A DNA stretch of 64,000 nt. Origin: Podarcis gaigeae (lineage: Eukaryota). Where the stretch lies: assembly GCA_964106915.2 (NCBI GenBank), contig OZ066924.1; one strand, 5' to 3'. A model generated the notes under the pieces. The model did no database searches and was not told the origin of the DNA. It saw nothing but the letters and a program-made list of their open reading frames with translations. Shown piece by piece: positions 61,758 through 64,000 of the stretch (position 1 is its first letter; the number at the start of each line of letters is the position of its first letter). The position numbers were made by a program, and so were the translations under genes.

Positions 61758-62131
61758 CAGTGGTACCTCTGGTTACATACTTAATTCATTCCGGAGGTCC
61801 GTTCTTAACGTTCTGAAGGAGCATCTCCACCCCCATTGTTCAGCCTGAGATCCAGTGCCGAGGGCCTTCTGGCGGTTCCCTCATTGCGAGAAGTGAGGTC
61901 ACAGGGAACCAGACAGAGGGCCTTCTTGGTGGTGGCGCCTGTCCTGTGGAACGCTCTCCCTTCAGATGTGAAGGAAATAAGCAGCTATCTTCTCTTAAAA
62001 AAAAACATCTGAAGACAGCTCTGTTTAGGGAAGTTTTTAATATTTGATGCTGTATTGTTTTTAACACTTGATTGGAAGCCGCCCAGAGTAGCTGGGGAAA
62101 CTCAGCCAGATGGGCAGGGTATAAATAATAA

Positions 62132-62164
<33 letters not shown>

Positions 62165-62353
62165 CTGAAACTGTTCTTAACCTGAAGCACCACTTTAGCT
62201 AATGGGGCGTCCCGCTGCTGCTGCACCACCGCTGCACAATTTCTGTTCTTATCCTGAAGCAAAATTCTTAACCCGAGGTACTATTTCTGGGTTAGCGGAG
62301 TTGTAACCTGAAGTGTATGTAACCTGAAGCGTATGTAACCCGAGGTATCACTG
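61758..62353. mobile_element. Tc1/mariner MITE (same family) interrupted by an L2 fragment
   Basis: TIRs at 61758 and 62353 with TA flanks; the MITE sequence resumes at ~62160. Confidence 0.85.
61810..62159 (+). mobile_element. L2 LINE 3' end with (ATT)n tail
   Basis: Encodes an RAFLVVAPVLWNALP-like L2 C-terminal motif; TTAAC duplicated at the flanks. A related 3' end with a (TAG)n tail lies at ~3845-4014. Confidence 0.75.
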
Positions 62354-63154
62354 TATAGAGTTGCAAGGGACCCCAAGGGTCATCTTCTCCAATGACCAGC
62401 AATTTCTGTGTCCATTCCATGAAGAACTGTCATATAGAAATAGCCTCCACTACTGGGCTAAACAATCTGACAAATGTGCCTGAATAACTTTACAATCCCC
62501 ACTCCCACCCCCTTTTCAAATGTCCATAGAAGTGAAGTGCTGCCCTTTAAGATACCTATTTCACATGAGTTTTTGGTTCAAAAATGTGTGGTATGCAAGA
62601 AAAGGAATGAATTAATAACATCTTCCTGGTAGTTACCTTCCCTTGGGCAGCTGTTGTTTTCTCTTTATGCTTTCGAGAGAGAATATTGCAAAGTCATGTT
62701 GTGTCATCAGAAAGAAATAAAATAAAATTCAGTTCTCCCCAGTATATTTTTTGGCTGTGGCCTGGAAGCATCTTTCTAGGCACGTACGCATGCATTTAGC
62801 CAAATGTTTTTGGGGGTTTGGCAGCCACTGGCATACATGCATTCATCTGGAGAGCCAGTCATCTGTGGCCATGTCATATGGTGGACTTGATCCTATCACA
62901 ACCTTTTCTGCTCGGGTTCTGATCAGTGGTGTGTATGTGGTACGTAGAAATTGTTTTGCCATGCAGCCAGATGAAACTTATTGGACCAGGTACCAAGTAG
63001 TGTAGGCTTCCTGTTAACCACAGTTAAAAGACTGGGAGTGCACTCTAGCAGTGCACCAATCTCCAATCTGATCATGCAGTGCCTTATCTTCTTGGGAGTA
63101 ATGTGCAACCCACCTGCACACCTGTATGCCACCATCAAGGCATTGGGTACTAAG

Positions 63155-63400
63155 GAAGAAGGGGAGGAGGAGGAGTTTGGACTTGATATCCTGCCTTTCA
63201 CTCCCCTTAAGGAGTCTCAAAGCAGCTAACATTCTCCTTTCCCTTTCCACACTCTGTGAGGTGAGTGGGGCTGAGAGACTTCAGAGAAGTGTGACTAGCC
63301 CAAGGTCACCCAGCAGCTGCATGTGGAGGAATGGGGAAGCGAACCCAGTTCACCAGATTATGAATCCACCACTCTTAATCTCTGCACCACGCTGGCTCTC
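63155..63400 (-). mobile_element. tRNA-derived SINE, Squam3-like
   Basis: Reverse complement of the same family. Confidence 0.8.
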
Positions 63401-63462
63401 TTTATGTAACATTTCATTGTCAATATTAGGTAGCTCCTATGGATGGGTGGATTTGTCTCTTT

Positions 63463-63850
63463 GTAAAGGTAAAGGTAAAGGACCCCTGACTGTTAAGTCC
63501 AGTTGCAGATGACTCTGGGGTTGCAGTGCTCATCTCGCTTTACAGGCTGAGGGAGCTGGCATTTGTCCGCAGACAGTTTTTCCAGGTCATGTGGCCGGCA
63601 TGACTAAGCCACTTCTGGCACAATGGAACACCGAAACCAGAGCAGTGCACAGAAATGCCGTTTACATTCCCACCAGAGCGGTACCTATTTATCTACTTGC
63701 ACTTTTTGGCATGCTTTCGAACTGCTAGGTTGACATGATCTGGGACTGAGCAACGGGAGCTCACCCCGTTGTGGGGATTCGAACCACCGACCTTCTGATT
63801 GGCAAGCCCAAGAGGCTCAGTGGTTTAGACCACAGCGCCACCCGCGACCT
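63463..63850 (-). mobile_element. Sauria SINE
   Basis: GTAAAGGTAAAGGTAAAGGACCCC tail; GGATTCGAACC B-box on the minus strand. Confidence 0.85.
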
Positions 63851-64000
63851 TTTTGTACTCCATGTCAATTTTACCATATGTTCATTCATAAATCCATTCT
63901 GTCCCATTTCTGCATAAATCTGCATTTTTTCAAAAAACAAAACCAACCACCATGAACAGTAATATTTAGATACACACCTCAATAATGTTGAAATAAGTAT

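Larger units (their letters stand above)
47667..64000 (+). other. FGF10: FGF10 intron 1 (5' part; continues beyond the window)
   Basis: Starts with GTAAGT. No exon-2 sequence (ILEITSVEIGVVAVK-like) seen downstream. FGF10 intron 1 is known to be long in amniotes. Confidence 0.85.

Overview
Vertebrate genomic DNA. The repeat complement (Sauria SINE, Squam3-like SINE, RTE-BovB, L2, CR1, Rex/Babar, Penelope-like element, hAT and Tc1/mariner MITEs) points to a squamate, probably a lacertid lizard (inference). The only host gene is FGF10 on the + strand. Its CpG-rich promoter/5'UTR lies at ~45.6-47.3 kb, coding exon 1 at 47270-47666, and intron 1 runs to the end of the window; no exon 2 was seen. 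The ~45 kb upstream is intergenic, dense with often nested transposons, and has a few TE-free AT-rich blocks that may be enhancers. Main highlights: (1) a young Penelope-like retroelement (RT + GIY-YIG) whose ORF stops inside a hammerhead-ribozyme motif; (2) a ~300-bp palindromic derivative of it with a 150-bp identical pLTR, whose inverted arm lacks exactly the ribozyme; (3) an out-of-frame uORF overlapping the FGF10 start codon; (4) an unusual Ser14-Arg4 tract in the FGF10 signal peptide. Most other ORF-track entries are spurious. All coordinates were read by eye, and family names come from recognition, not database searches.
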